A stretch of DNA of 7,679 bases. Origin: an uncultured Gammaproteobacteria bacterium (GTDB lineage Bacteria; Patescibacteriota; Microgenomatia; Daviesbacterales; UBA10151). This document shows positions 1 to 7,348 of this stretch, piece after piece. The notes under the pieces were generated by a model. It ran no database searches and was not told the DNA's origin. It saw only the letters and a program-made list of their open reading frames with translations. The position numbers were made by a program, and so were the translations under genes. The DNA is taken from contig CAZFVS010000045.1 of NCBI GenBank assembly GCA_964522265.1, positions 616 through 8,294 of the forward strand, given 5' to 3'. Numbering within the stretch: the first letter of the stretch is position 1; each line of letters starts with the position of its first letter.

Positions 1-1606
1 GTTCCCTTATCAGTTTCTTGGTTTCAAAAAGAGTAACATGACGCTGTCTGGTAGAAAAAGCAAGATTGATAATATTTGGGTCTAAAAACGGCACTCTTAC
101 CTCCAAAGAATTAAACATCGAGGCTCTATCAACTTTGGTTAACAGGTCATCTACTAAGTAAGTACTGAAATCAACAAATTGCATTTTACGGGTTATATCT
201 GTATCCATATCTCTTATCTCATCCCAATCCTGATGGTAGTTACCTAGACTTATAAAATCGAACAGTTCTTGCTCCAAAACAGGCTCTTTTAAAAGAAGCT
301 TATATTTTGTAGGATATTGTGAAAATAGACTCATCCAAAACAGTTGTCTTTCAATATCAGGTTTTTGCAATCCGTTAAAAAAACTTGTAAGCACCTCTGT
401 CCTGGGATAATTTTCAAAGGATTTGGGTAAACGATTCATTATTAAACTCATTTTGGAGGTTAAAAATTGCGGAATGAATGAAATTCTCTTTACAAGCAAA
501 TGCCCCTGATATGTTGGGTATCCGCCAAACAGTTCATCTCCACCGTCACCGCTTAAAACAACTTTTACATATTTTTTGGCGAACTTGCAAACTTTAAATG
601 TTGGGAAAAGGGAAGGATCGGCAAGCGGTTCATCTAATTTTTTTATTATCTCTGGAAAAAAACGAATTACATCTCTATGCGAAAAATTATCACTTCTGTG
701 TTGTGTTCCTAAAGTATCTGCCACCTCTGTTGCAAATTTGCCCTCATCAAAGCTTTTTTCGTCAAAAGATATCGAAAAAGTTTTAACTTTTTTATTGGTT
801 CTGGTCAAATAATAAGTAACTAAACTCGAGTCTAGACCACCGCTTAAAAAAACCCCCAGAGGCACATCCGCAATAGATTGCAACTTTATTGCATCTGAAA
901 ATAAACTATCTAAGTCAATATTCTCAATACCCTTTTTTCTCGATAATTTAAAATATTGGTACATCTTTAAACCTTTCCTTGAAAAGGTAATCGAATACCC
1001 GGGCAATAGCTTGAAAATATTTTTAAATATTGATTTCTCTCCCGGAATATATCCAAAATAGGTGTATAAAGACAGGCTGTCTGGATCAATTTCTTTTTCA
1101 ACAAGAGGGTTTTTTAGTATAGTTTTTACCTCTGAGCCAAATACTAATTTGTCTGCAGAATACCAAAAATATAAAGGCTTAATACCTGCATGATCCCTGG
1201 CTATAAAAAGTTTTTGGTTTAACTTATCCCAAATAGCAAAAGCAAACATTCCGTTTAACATTTTGGTCATGTTTTCTCCATATTTCTCATATAGATGAAC
1301 TAAAACTTCTGTATCTGATTGAGTTTTAAATTTATGACTATCCTCTATTAATTTTTTTCGAAATTCAATAAAGTTATAGATCTCTCCATTAAACACAACC
1401 GTTACCATACCGTTCTCGTTGCTTATGGGTTGGTCACCGGTTGAAAGATCAATTATGCTAAGACGTCTTATCCCTAACGCTACATTCCTATCAATATATT
1501 TACCATCAGAATCAGGACCTCTGTATATAATTTGGTTAAGACTTTTTTCTAAAATTTCTTTTTTAGGCTGGGAGGAAAAATCCACAAATCCTGTTATTCC
1601 GCACAT
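1..1606 (-). CDS. asnB: Asparagine synthase (glutamine-hydrolysing) family amidotransferase, AsnB-like. The N-terminus is complete and the C-terminus is cut by the window edge.
   Basis: This gene is not in the supplied ORF track because it has no stop codon inside the window. Hand translation of the minus strand from ATG 1606..1604 gives 535 uninterrupted codons down to position 2: MCGITGFVDFSSQPKKEILEKSLNQIIYRGPDSDGKYIDRNVALGIRRLSIIDLSTGDQPISNENGMVTVVFNGEIYNF...ARDHAGIKPLYFWY...DVPLGVFLSGGLDSSLV...VVLSGDGGDELFGGYPTY...LVDDLLTKVDRASMFNSLEVRVPFLDP... Cys2 directly after Met is the class-II (Ntn) glutamine amidotransferase nucleophile. SGGLDSS (nt 824..844) is the ATP pyrophosphatase PP-loop of the Asn_synthase domain. 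VDRASM..LEVRVPFLD is the typical C-terminal AsnB block. The start overlaps the upstream stop as TAATG. About 70-110 aa are probably missing at the C-terminus, judged against typical family lengths. Confidence 0.9.
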   Translation of the reverse strand, partial: MCGITGFVDFSSQPKKEILEKSLNQIIYRGPDSDGKYIDRNVALGIRRLSIIDLSTGDQPISNENGMVTVVFNGEIYNFIEFRKKLIEDSHKFKTQSDTEVLVHLYEKYGENMTKMLNGMFAFAIWDKLNQKLFIARDHAGIKPLYFWYSADKLVFGSEVKTILKNPLVEKEIDPDSLSLYTYFGYIPGEKSIFKNIFKLLPGYSITFSRKGLKMYQYFKLSRKKGIENIDLDSLFSDAIKLQSIADVPLGVFLSGGLDSSLVTYYLTRTNKKVKTFSISFDEKSFDEGKFATEVADTLGTQHRSDNFSHRDVIRFFPEIIKKLDEPLADPSLFPTFKVCKFAKKYVKVVLSGDGGDELFGGYPTYQGHLLVKRISFIPQFLTSKMSLIMNRLPKSFENYPRTEVLTSFFNGLQKPDIERQLFWMSLFSQYPTKYKLLLKEPVLEQELFDFISLGNYHQDWDEIRDMDTDITRKMQFVDFSTYLVDDLLTKVDRASMFNSLEVRVPFLDPNIINLAFSTRQRHVTLFETKKLIRE

Positions 1607-2565
1607 TAAAATGATCGGGCATCTCTAATCTCATAAGTAGTTTTTCTTTGAGATTCAAAATATGTTCTGACCATAAGTTCTGCCATAAGTCCCATTAAAA
1701 TAAACTGTACACCTAAAAGAATAAAAAAAATAGCAATTAAAAATAGTGGATTCTTATGGACATATATTCCGAGAAATATTTTTTTATACAGAGTCAAAAG
1801 CAGCGCAATAGACCCTAATAGATTACTGAATATTCCAAGAGTTCCGAAAACATATGCTGGTTTTGTTCCATAAGAATTCAGAAATTTGATAGTAATCAGA
1901 TCAATTATCAATTTTAAAATTCTTGAATAGCCATATTTCGAATTATCGTGAATCCTTTTTCTGTGGTTTACAATCAATTCTTTTATTTTAACTCCTTTCC
2001 AATAAATCAAAACCGGCATTATCCTGTGTGATTCCCCATACAGATGTATATCTTTTAGTAATTCTTTTTTCAAAATCTTCAATGAGCATCCGACATCATG
2101 CAAAGGAACTCCAAAAATTTTACGAATAATCAGATTGGCAGCACTTGAAGCAAATTGTCGGAAAAAATTATCTTCCCTATGCTTTCTCCAACCAAATACT
2201 GCATCAAAACCTTTATTAATTTCATGGAAAAAAGTTATCAGATCAGCCGGATCGTTTTGTAAATCTGCATCGAGAAAAGATATAAGTCTTCCGCTTGCAT
2301 GATCAATCCCTGCAGAAGTAGCAGCAGTTTGACCAAAATTCCGCCTTAACGAGATCAATTTAGTAGTTATTTTCGGATTTTTTGTTGTATTAATAACGGT
2401 TTTTAGGGCATCTAGTGATTGATCTATACTGCCATCATCAACATATACTATCTCGCTTTTGATATTCAACTTGTTGAGAACGGTAATTAATTCATGGTGT
2501 AGTTTTTCCAAATTTTTATTTTCATTATAAAAAGGGATCACCACTGAAAGGTCTATTTTTTTCAT
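1606..2565 (-). CDS. GT2 polyprenyl-phosphate glycosyltransferase (GtrB/ArnC/DPM1-like), membrane-anchored by two C-terminal helices
   Basis: 319-aa ORF running from ATG 2565..2563 to TAA 1608..1606. The N-terminus is LSVVIPFYNE...VYVDDGSIDQS. DADLQNDP (nt 2248..2271) matches the DADLQ(H/N/D)xP signature of the GtrB/ArnC/Dpm1 subfamily. Two hydrophobic segments lie near the C-terminus (AYVFGTLGIFSNLLGSIALLLTLY and LFLIAIFFILLGVQFILMGLMAELMV). The length and architecture are typical of bactoprenol or dolichol-phosphate sugar synthases. The transferred sugar cannot be read from the sequence. Confidence 0.85.
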   Translation of the reverse strand: MKKIDLSVVIPFYNENKNLEKLHHELITVLNKLNIKSEIVYVDDGSIDQSLDALKTVINTTKNPKITTKLISLRRNFGQTAATSAGIDHASGRLISFLDADLQNDPADLITFFHEINKGFDAVFGWRKHREDNFFRQFASSAANLIIRKIFGVPLHDVGCSLKILKKELLKDIHLYGESHRIMPVLIYWKGVKIKELIVNHRKRIHDNSKYGYSRILKLIIDLITIKFLNSYGTKPAYVFGTLGIFSNLLGSIALLLTLYKKIFLGIYVHKNPLFLIAIFFILLGVQFILMGLMAELMVRTYFESQRKTTYEIRDARSF

Positions 2566-2587
2566 ACTTTGATGAATTTCTCAAATT

Positions 2588-3379
2588 CTACCTCATCTTA
2601 AGCAGCCTACGCAAACGGAAGATAATTTGTAATATGAAAAAATTAAAAAAACCGTGGTATAAAATTGAGGATCGAAGATTTAATTTATATCTATCAGCAT
2701 TTGATTTTGTTCCTCCTACCAAATGCTGAATTTTTAAATAAGGCAAGTAGAATATTTTCTTATTGGTTTTTTTAAGCTTTCTGCATAAATCCATATCTTC
2801 GTAATATAAAAAGTACCTTTCGTCAAAACCTCCAATTTGCCAGAATAGATCTTTTTCAATTAACATCGCTGCTCCGTAAACTGCTTCGACATCTATTGGT
2901 TCTTCACCCTCTGGAATGTATTCACTATATGCATTTTTAATCCCCAAAATAAACTCTTTAAAAGCCCCTACTATTGTTGGTAATTTTTTAACGGATGGCT
3001 GTACCAAACCGTTTGGCATAATAAGTTTAGGCGCCACAATTCCTGCATCATGATTATTTTTTGCAAACTCAACTATTTTTTCCAAAACAGGTTCTTTTAT
3101 TTCGGTATCGGGATTTAAAAAGAATATATATCTCCCTAAAGCGTTCTTAACCGCTGCATTGTTACCTTTGGCAAAACCTAAATTTTTATCAGATTTAATT
3201 AATATAATTTTCGGGACGAATTGTTCAAGTTTTTGTAAAGTGGAATCCACTGAACAATTGTCCAATACAATTACTTCGCTTTTTTTAGGTAAGTTTCTTA
3301 AAATTGAAGTTATGCATTTTTCTATAAATTGTTCGCTATTGTAGGAAATAATAATTACCGAAAGCAGTTTATCTTCCAT
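2588..3379 (-). CDS. GT2 family glycosyltransferase (COG1216 / rhamnosyltransferase-like class), soluble
   Basis: 263-aa ORF running from ATG 3379..3377 to TAG 2590..2588. Motifs seen: LSVIIISYNS, VIVLDNCSVDST, NLGFAKGNNAA, FFLNPDTEI, GIVAPKL, VYGAAMLIEK, GGFDERYFLYYEDMDLCRKL. It is a paralogue of the 6488..7348 product, with the same motif order. Donor and acceptor are unknown. Confidence 0.85.
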   Translation of the reverse strand: MEDKLLSVIIISYNSEQFIEKCITSILRNLPKKSEVIVLDNCSVDSTLQKLEQFVPKIILIKSDKNLGFAKGNNAAVKNALGRYIFFLNPDTEIKEPVLEKIVEFAKNNHDAGIVAPKLIMPNGLVQPSVKKLPTIVGAFKEFILGIKNAYSEYIPEGEEPIDVEAVYGAAMLIEKDLFWQIGGFDERYFLYYEDMDLCRKLKKTNKKIFYLPYLKIQHLVGGTKSNADRYKLNLRSSILYHGFFNFFILQIIFRLRRLLKMR

Positions 3380-4616
3380 CTAATTTTTGATGAGAAATTA
3401 ATTGAAAACTTAAAAAGAGAGAAGTTCCGGCAAATATCGTAGCTGCAATATTTCTTAAAAAAAGTGTCTTATCAGAACCCAAAATATCAACCAGCCCCTT
3501 ACTTTCCTTAAGAAACGGCAGAATTGGAGAAAACAACTTCACCTGTAGTGATGAATCAAATAAAAATAACATCAAAAGTAAAGAAAAAGCCAAAAATCCG
3601 ATACTCCATTTTATAGGATTTTTTACCCCCTCTGCTATAATAATCGCCAGGAATGGTGTAACCCAAAGAAACCATTGGATATGAAAATGGGTAAATGCCA
3701 AAACCAAAAGCACGGCACTTAGAGAAAATCTCATAAAATCAACTGTGCTTCTTTTTTGGTAAAAATAGGTTAAATATAAAATTATCAAAATTGCCGGTAC
3801 AATCAAAATACCCTCACCACCTGACAAAGCAATCCTGGAATAAAGAATTTTAGATAATTGTGGTGCAAATAAAGCATTATGTCTGAAACCATAAGAACCA
3901 AGATACGGGATTACAGAAAAAGCCCATGGAATCAGGAAAATTATAATAAGTTTTGTTCTTTCTTTCCAGGAATCAGCAAGCAAAATCAGAAACGGGCAAA
4001 TTAAAAAGGCAAAGCTTTTCGTTGCTGCTGCAAACCCTAAAGAAAAAGCTGCCCATCTTAGCCTCTTTTGTTGCAAAAGATAGAAAGATAGAAACAGGAA
4101 AAAAGTCGGGATGATATCAAACTGCCCTATTGCTGCAGTTGCCCATATAGTCACCGGGTTAAACATCCAAAAAATTAAAATTTTTTTCTTAAAAGCACTA
4201 TCAACCAGAAAAGTTAATAATATTCCAAGCAAAATATCAAATAATATAAACGGTATTTTGATAATAAGCAGATAAACAAAAAGGGCTGGGTTACTAAAAA
4301 TATTTTCTATTCTGGCAAGGTATTGATATTCTATATTTCCATCAACAAAAGGTCTTAATAATAATTGTATCGGTATATTTATCCAGTAAACCAACGGTAA
4401 ATCATCAGCTGTTTCATTGGAATAAATTTTTTTCCGGGGATCAGCAGTATTCAAATTCCTTACAAAATCATAAGGGTTTAAATTTCCCTCCCTTAAAATA
4501 ATTGTAGAAACAATACTATTATTTCTTACATCGGGATGAAAAGTAAAAGCAGCAACAACAACCCTCAGCAATATCCCTACTGCTAAAATTACCCAGTATT
4601 TTTTAAATTTTTCCAT
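3369..4616 (-). CDS. Polytopic integral membrane protein (about 11-12 hydrophobic segments), putative GT-C-fold glycosyltransferase. The family is not assignable by eye, and a Wzy/ligase-like polymerase cannot be excluded.
   Basis: 415-aa ORF running from ATG 4616..4614 to TAA 3371..3369. The N-terminal helix is YWVILAVGILLRVVVAAFTF. It is followed by a hydrophilic loop of about 80 aa carrying E-T-A-D-D-L-P-L-V-Y-W (nt 4383..4415). This resembles the acidic motif in the first extracytoplasmic loop of GT-C enzymes. A run of hydrophobic segments follows (e.g. LFVYLLIIKIPFILFDILLGILLTFLV, FDIIPTFFLFLSFYLL, AAFSLGFAAATKSFAFLICPFLILLA, ILIVPAILIILYLTYFY, WFLWVTPFLAIIIA, IGFLAFSLLLMLFLF). It sits in the same operon as a polyprenyl-P GT. 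The coding call is solid. The functional call is inference. Confidence 0.65.
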   Translation of the reverse strand: MEKFKKYWVILAVGILLRVVVAAFTFHPDVRNNSIVSTIILREGNLNPYDFVRNLNTADPRKKIYSNETADDLPLVYWINIPIQLLLRPFVDGNIEYQYLARIENIFSNPALFVYLLIIKIPFILFDILLGILLTFLVDSAFKKKILIFWMFNPVTIWATAAIGQFDIIPTFFLFLSFYLLQQKRLRWAAFSLGFAAATKSFAFLICPFLILLADSWKERTKLIIIFLIPWAFSVIPYLGSYGFRHNALFAPQLSKILYSRIALSGGEGILIVPAILIILYLTYFYQKRSTVDFMRFSLSAVLLVLAFTHFHIQWFLWVTPFLAIIIAEGVKNPIKWSIGFLAFSLLLMLFLFDSSLQVKLFSPILPFLKESKGLVDILGSDKTLFLRNIAATIFAGTSLFLSFQLISHQKLDGR

Positions 4617-5685
4617 ATATCAAATGATTAATTTTCTTTTCAAATTCTTGTTTATCAAATTTTTTTGATCTTTTCTGGGCTTCTTTAGCAAGCCTTGAAT
4701 TAAGTTTTTTGTTATTTATAATTTTAATTGTCTTATCTCTTAAACCTACCAGGTCATCCCATAAAAATCCTGACTTACCATCCTCCACTATCTCTTTCTG
4801 CCCACCCAAATTTATGACCACCGGAACACAGCCCGAAGCCATTGCTTCTACAGTAGTTATGCCAAAATGCTCATATTTTTTGGGATCATCCTCATCAAAC
4901 CCCGTGGCATGCCAATAGATTTGTGATTCTCCATAAAGGTTTGTCAGCCGGTTTTGGGGAAGGTTAGGATAGAAATAAATCTTAAACCCTTTCGCATAAT
5001 TTTTAAGTTGTTCAATATAGAATCTATCCCCGTCCTGTGCCCCTCCAGCAAGATGCAAACTCCAATCTGAAATATGATTTTCTTCGTTTAATTTCTTAAA
5101 ACAATCTATTAACAACTGATGTTTTTTAGCCTTATTAAAATGGAAAAAACGTCCCACCGAAATAATCTGCTTCTTTTTCGGTCTTGGCTTGAATAATGCA
5201 GTATCTACAGGCGGATATATTACTTCACCGTTAATGGGCCAAGTTTCTTCAACTAATTTTTTTGTAAAATTTGAATTATAAATTGCCAAATTCCATGATT
5301 TTAATTTTATATTTCCCCAAAGCCCCTTGGCTTTAATATTTTCAAAAGGGACTTGAAAATGAATTATGTTTTTTTTTGCCGTTGCAAAAAAAATGCTTCC
5401 ATCTGTTAAATAAAATAAAAAATCATACATTTTAAAAAACCGGAATCTTTGCAAAAAAGACCACAAAGAACCAATTGGAGCCTCAACAAAATTCATTTTT
5501 GAAAAATTTATTTTATGGAGTATTGAATTTTTTTTTACTATTAAATCCTGTCCTACTTCTTTTAGGTGTTTATCCAGCAATATATCAACTTGAAATTGTT
5601 TTGAAAGTATCTCTGCAATAGTTAATATATATTTTTCACCACCGCCGGCTGTATCAAGGTAAGGACTATAGATGGCAATTTTCAT
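4603..5685 (-). CDS. GT4 family (GT-B fold, Glycos_transf_1-type) glycosyltransferase
   Basis: The ORF ends at TAA 4605..4603. The N-terminus MKIAIYSPYLDTAGGGEKY is the typical GT4 glycine-rich start. The C-terminal domain has SVGRF...KK..LLI, LHLAGG and the E-x7-E motif EHFGITTVE (nt 4846..4872), followed by AMASGCVPVV...GGQKEIVEDGKSGFL. I prefer ATG 5685..5683 as the start (360 aa). The track begins two codons earlier at TTG 5691..5689, which would form a TTGA overlap with the upstream stop. Confidence 0.85.
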   Translation of the reverse strand: MKIAIYSPYLDTAGGGEKYILTIAEILSKQFQVDILLDKHLKEVGQDLIVKKNSILHKINFSKMNFVEAPIGSLWSFLQRFRFFKMYDFLFYLTDGSIFFATAKKNIIHFQVPFENIKAKGLWGNIKLKSWNLAIYNSNFTKKLVEETWPINGEVIYPPVDTALFKPRPKKKQIISVGRFFHFNKAKKHQLLIDCFKKLNEENHISDWSLHLAGGAQDGDRFYIEQLKNYAKGFKIYFYPNLPQNRLTNLYGESQIYWHATGFDEDDPKKYEHFGITTVEAMASGCVPVVINLGGQKEIVEDGKSGFLWDDLVGLRDKTIKIINNKKLNSRLAKEAQKRSKKFDKQEFEKKINHLIYGKI

Positions 5686-5687
5686 TT

Positions 5688-6491
5688 TCAATATTTAAAA
5701 CCACTGTCTATCAGCTTTTTATCAATTTCATCATAAGTTTGATTTAATGGTTTTTGTTGCTGAAGTTCCCATAATTTGATATAAGTAATAAATAAGCTGA
5801 ATGCTTGCAAAAGCGAATCCATTATTCCGATTGTACCCGAAAAAAAACCTCGTCTTATAATACCCTGATAAAAAATTTCAGTTATAAATATTCTCAAAAA
5901 TCTCAATCCTGACATTTTAGGGTGGTTTAATTCAAGCCTTAATTTTGCATCGAAATTTGACCAGTTTAGGCTTTTAGTTACAATCTGATCAACATCTCTG
6001 TGTGTCAGATGAATAAAAGAATTTTTCGTGTAACCTAATTTACCCCTGAAGGTCCCATGTTCATGAATTTTACCAACCCAACCTTTAAATTCACTTTTTT
6101 TATATAAACGTATTATCCAATCCGGCCAAAAAGGCCCGTATCTTTCCTCACGCCCGAAAATTATATTCCTCCGCGAAATGGCAAATGCAGATTTATCGGA
6201 ATTTGCCGTCAGACCAATTATTTCTTTTTTTAAAGGCTCTAAAACTCTTTCATCCGCATCAACATACAAAACCCAATCCCCTGCAGTTTTCTCCATTGCC
6301 CTGTTTCTTAATTCAGCATAGTCCTGGCCTTCATATTTGTATATTTTATCGGTGTATTTTTTGGCAATTTCCAAAGTTTTATCTGTAGAACCGTTATCAT
6401 AAACAATAATCTCAGCAGCCCATTTTACAGACTCCAAACAAGCTCTGATCATATTTTCTTCATCTTTTGTGACAACGATAACACTGATCAT
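5688..6491 (-). CDS. GT2 family glycosyltransferase, WaaE/KdtX-like architecture (GT-A domain plus a conserved amphipathic C-terminal domain)
   Basis: 267-aa ORF running from ATG 6491..6489 to TGA 5690..5688. The N-terminus is ISVIVVTKDEENMIRACLESVKWAAEIIVYDNGSTDKTLEIAKKY, and WVLYVDADERV is the DxD motif. RRNIIFGRE..GPFWPDWIIRLYKK and KIHEHG are also present. The C-terminus is RRGFFSGTIGIMDSLLQAFSLFITYIKLWE. This layout resembles LPS-core beta-glucosyltransferase-type GT2 enzymes (WaaE/KdtX class) as I recall them. Specificity is unknown. Confidence 0.85.
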   Translation of the reverse strand: MISVIVVTKDEENMIRACLESVKWAAEIIVYDNGSTDKTLEIAKKYTDKIYKYEGQDYAELRNRAMEKTAGDWVLYVDADERVLEPLKKEIIGLTANSDKSAFAISRRNIIFGREERYGPFWPDWIIRLYKKSEFKGWVGKIHEHGTFRGKLGYTKNSFIHLTHRDVDQIVTKSLNWSNFDAKLRLELNHPKMSGLRFLRIFITEIFYQGIIRRGFFSGTIGIMDSLLQAFSLFITYIKLWELQQQKPLNQTYDEIDKKLIDSGFKY

Positions 6492-7348
6492 TTCAGAAAA
6501 CTTCCTTTCCTAAAATTTCCTGTTAAAAAATCAAAAAAAGCAAGCCTCCTTACGGGACTTCCCAGATGCCTTATGGCTTCACGCAAAAGTGCAAATCTTG
6601 TCCTGATAGGCAAAAACTTTGAGGCAAAAAGCATCCTGTTGCGGGTGATAAAATAATCCTGCAGGGAAGATCCTAAACCGGTTGATTTGGCATTCTCATG
6701 GTAAACTATAGCATCTGGAATAAACATAACCTTAAACCCTTTCTGTTTTGCACGAAAACAAAAATCACTATCTTCATAATATAGAAAATATCTATCGTCA
6801 AAGAAACCAATACTATCAAAAACCTCCCTTTTAACCATTATTGCAGCACCGCTGACATAATCTGTTTCCTCTGCTTTATCATACTGACCATGATCTTGTT
6901 CGTCTACTCCTCTATGCTTACCAATCACATTTAATTTATCAAAAATTCCTCCTGCATACCATATTTTTTTAGATTTGTCTGACGTAGAAAAATATATTTT
7001 TGGGCCGGCTATACCAATATCTTCACCGGCCATATTATCTACTAAAATCCCTATCGCTTCCGGGTTTAAAACCGTATCCGGATTTAAAATGAAAATAAGA
7101 TCTGATTTCTCTTCAAGCGCTCTGGTAATGCCGATATTATTTCCTCCTGTATATCCTAAATTATCTTTAGTTTGGATAAATTCAAGGTATTCGTTTTGTT
7201 TAATTTCATCTTCTATCCCATCCCCTGAATTATTATCAACAAGGATTATTTTAATATTTCTATAGGTTGATTTCTTAACAGAATCTATACATTTTAAAAC
7301 ATGCTCTTTGACCTTAAAATTTAAAATCACAACCGCAACTTTTTTCAT
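6488..7348 (-). CDS. GT2 family glycosyltransferase (COG1216 / rhamnosyltransferase-like class), soluble
   Basis: 286-aa ORF running from ATG 7348..7346 to TGA 6490..6488. Motifs seen: VAVVILNFK, IILVDNNSGDG, NLGYTGGNNIG, IFILNPDTVL, GIAGPKIY, VSGAAIMVKREVF, GFFDDRYFLYYEDSDFCFRAK, and a YHE..K..S tail. It is a paralogue of the 2588..3379 product. Confidence 0.85.
   Translation of the reverse strand: MKKVAVVILNFKVKEHVLKCIDSVKKSTYRNIKIILVDNNSGDGIEDEIKQNEYLEFIQTKDNLGYTGGNNIGITRALEEKSDLIFILNPDTVLNPEAIGILVDNMAGEDIGIAGPKIYFSTSDKSKKIWYAGGIFDKLNVIGKHRGVDEQDHGQYDKAEETDYVSGAAIMVKREVFDSIGFFDDRYFLYYEDSDFCFRAKQKGFKVMFIPDAIVYHENAKSTGLGSSLQDYFITRNRMLFASKFLPIRTRFALLREAIRHLGSPVRRLAFFDFLTGNFRKGSFLK
6501..6510 (-). 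promoter_or_regulatory. Shine-Dalgarno-like purine tract (GGAAAGGAAG on the coding strand) 9 nt upstream of ATG 6491, embedded in the end of the preceding gene
   Basis: The reverse complement of 6492..6520 reads GGAAATTTTAGGAAAGGAAGTTTTCTGAA followed by ATG. This is the only start in the window with an obvious AGGA/GGAG-like element. The other six starts have no convincing SD by eye. Confidence 0.35.

Noticed and set aside
1-1606. No minus-strand ORF is listed in the supplied track for the first 1.6 kb. This could suggest a pseudogene, non-coding DNA, or that the small plus-strand ORFs are real.
   Set aside because: Hand translation of the minus strand from ATG 1606 is uninterrupted for 535 codons, and AsnB motifs run throughout. 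The ORF is absent from the track only because its stop codon lies beyond the window edge. It is neither decayed nor frameshifted.
2566-2587. The only intergenic spacer, considered as a possible internal promoter, terminator or riboswitch. It contains a 5-bp inverted repeat, TTTGA (2568..2572) and TCAAA (2581..2585).
   Set aside because: Twenty-two nt is too short for a promoter plus leader. The stem is 5 AT-rich base pairs with an 8-nt loop and no following U-tract in the transcribed orientation, so it is not a credible terminator or regulatory structure.
5683-5691. TTG 5691 as the true start of the GT4 gene. It would give a TTGA overlap mimicking the ATGA coupling junction.
   Set aside because: This is not excluded, but ATG 5685 two codons downstream gives the canonical GT4 N-terminus MKIAIYSPY. 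ATG is the start at every other gene in the operon. The difference (two residues) has no functional consequence for the annotation.
576-7265. Plus-strand ORFs in the track: 576..812, 598..786, 1419..1628, 3159..3344, 4709..4918, 6185..6388 and 6975..7265.
   Set aside because: Each lies entirely antisense to a long minus-strand gene with strong family motifs. They are short (61-96 aa), their translations are low-complexity and Leu/Ser/Phe/Lys-rich as expected of shadow frames in AT-rich DNA, and none has a recognisable motif or start context.
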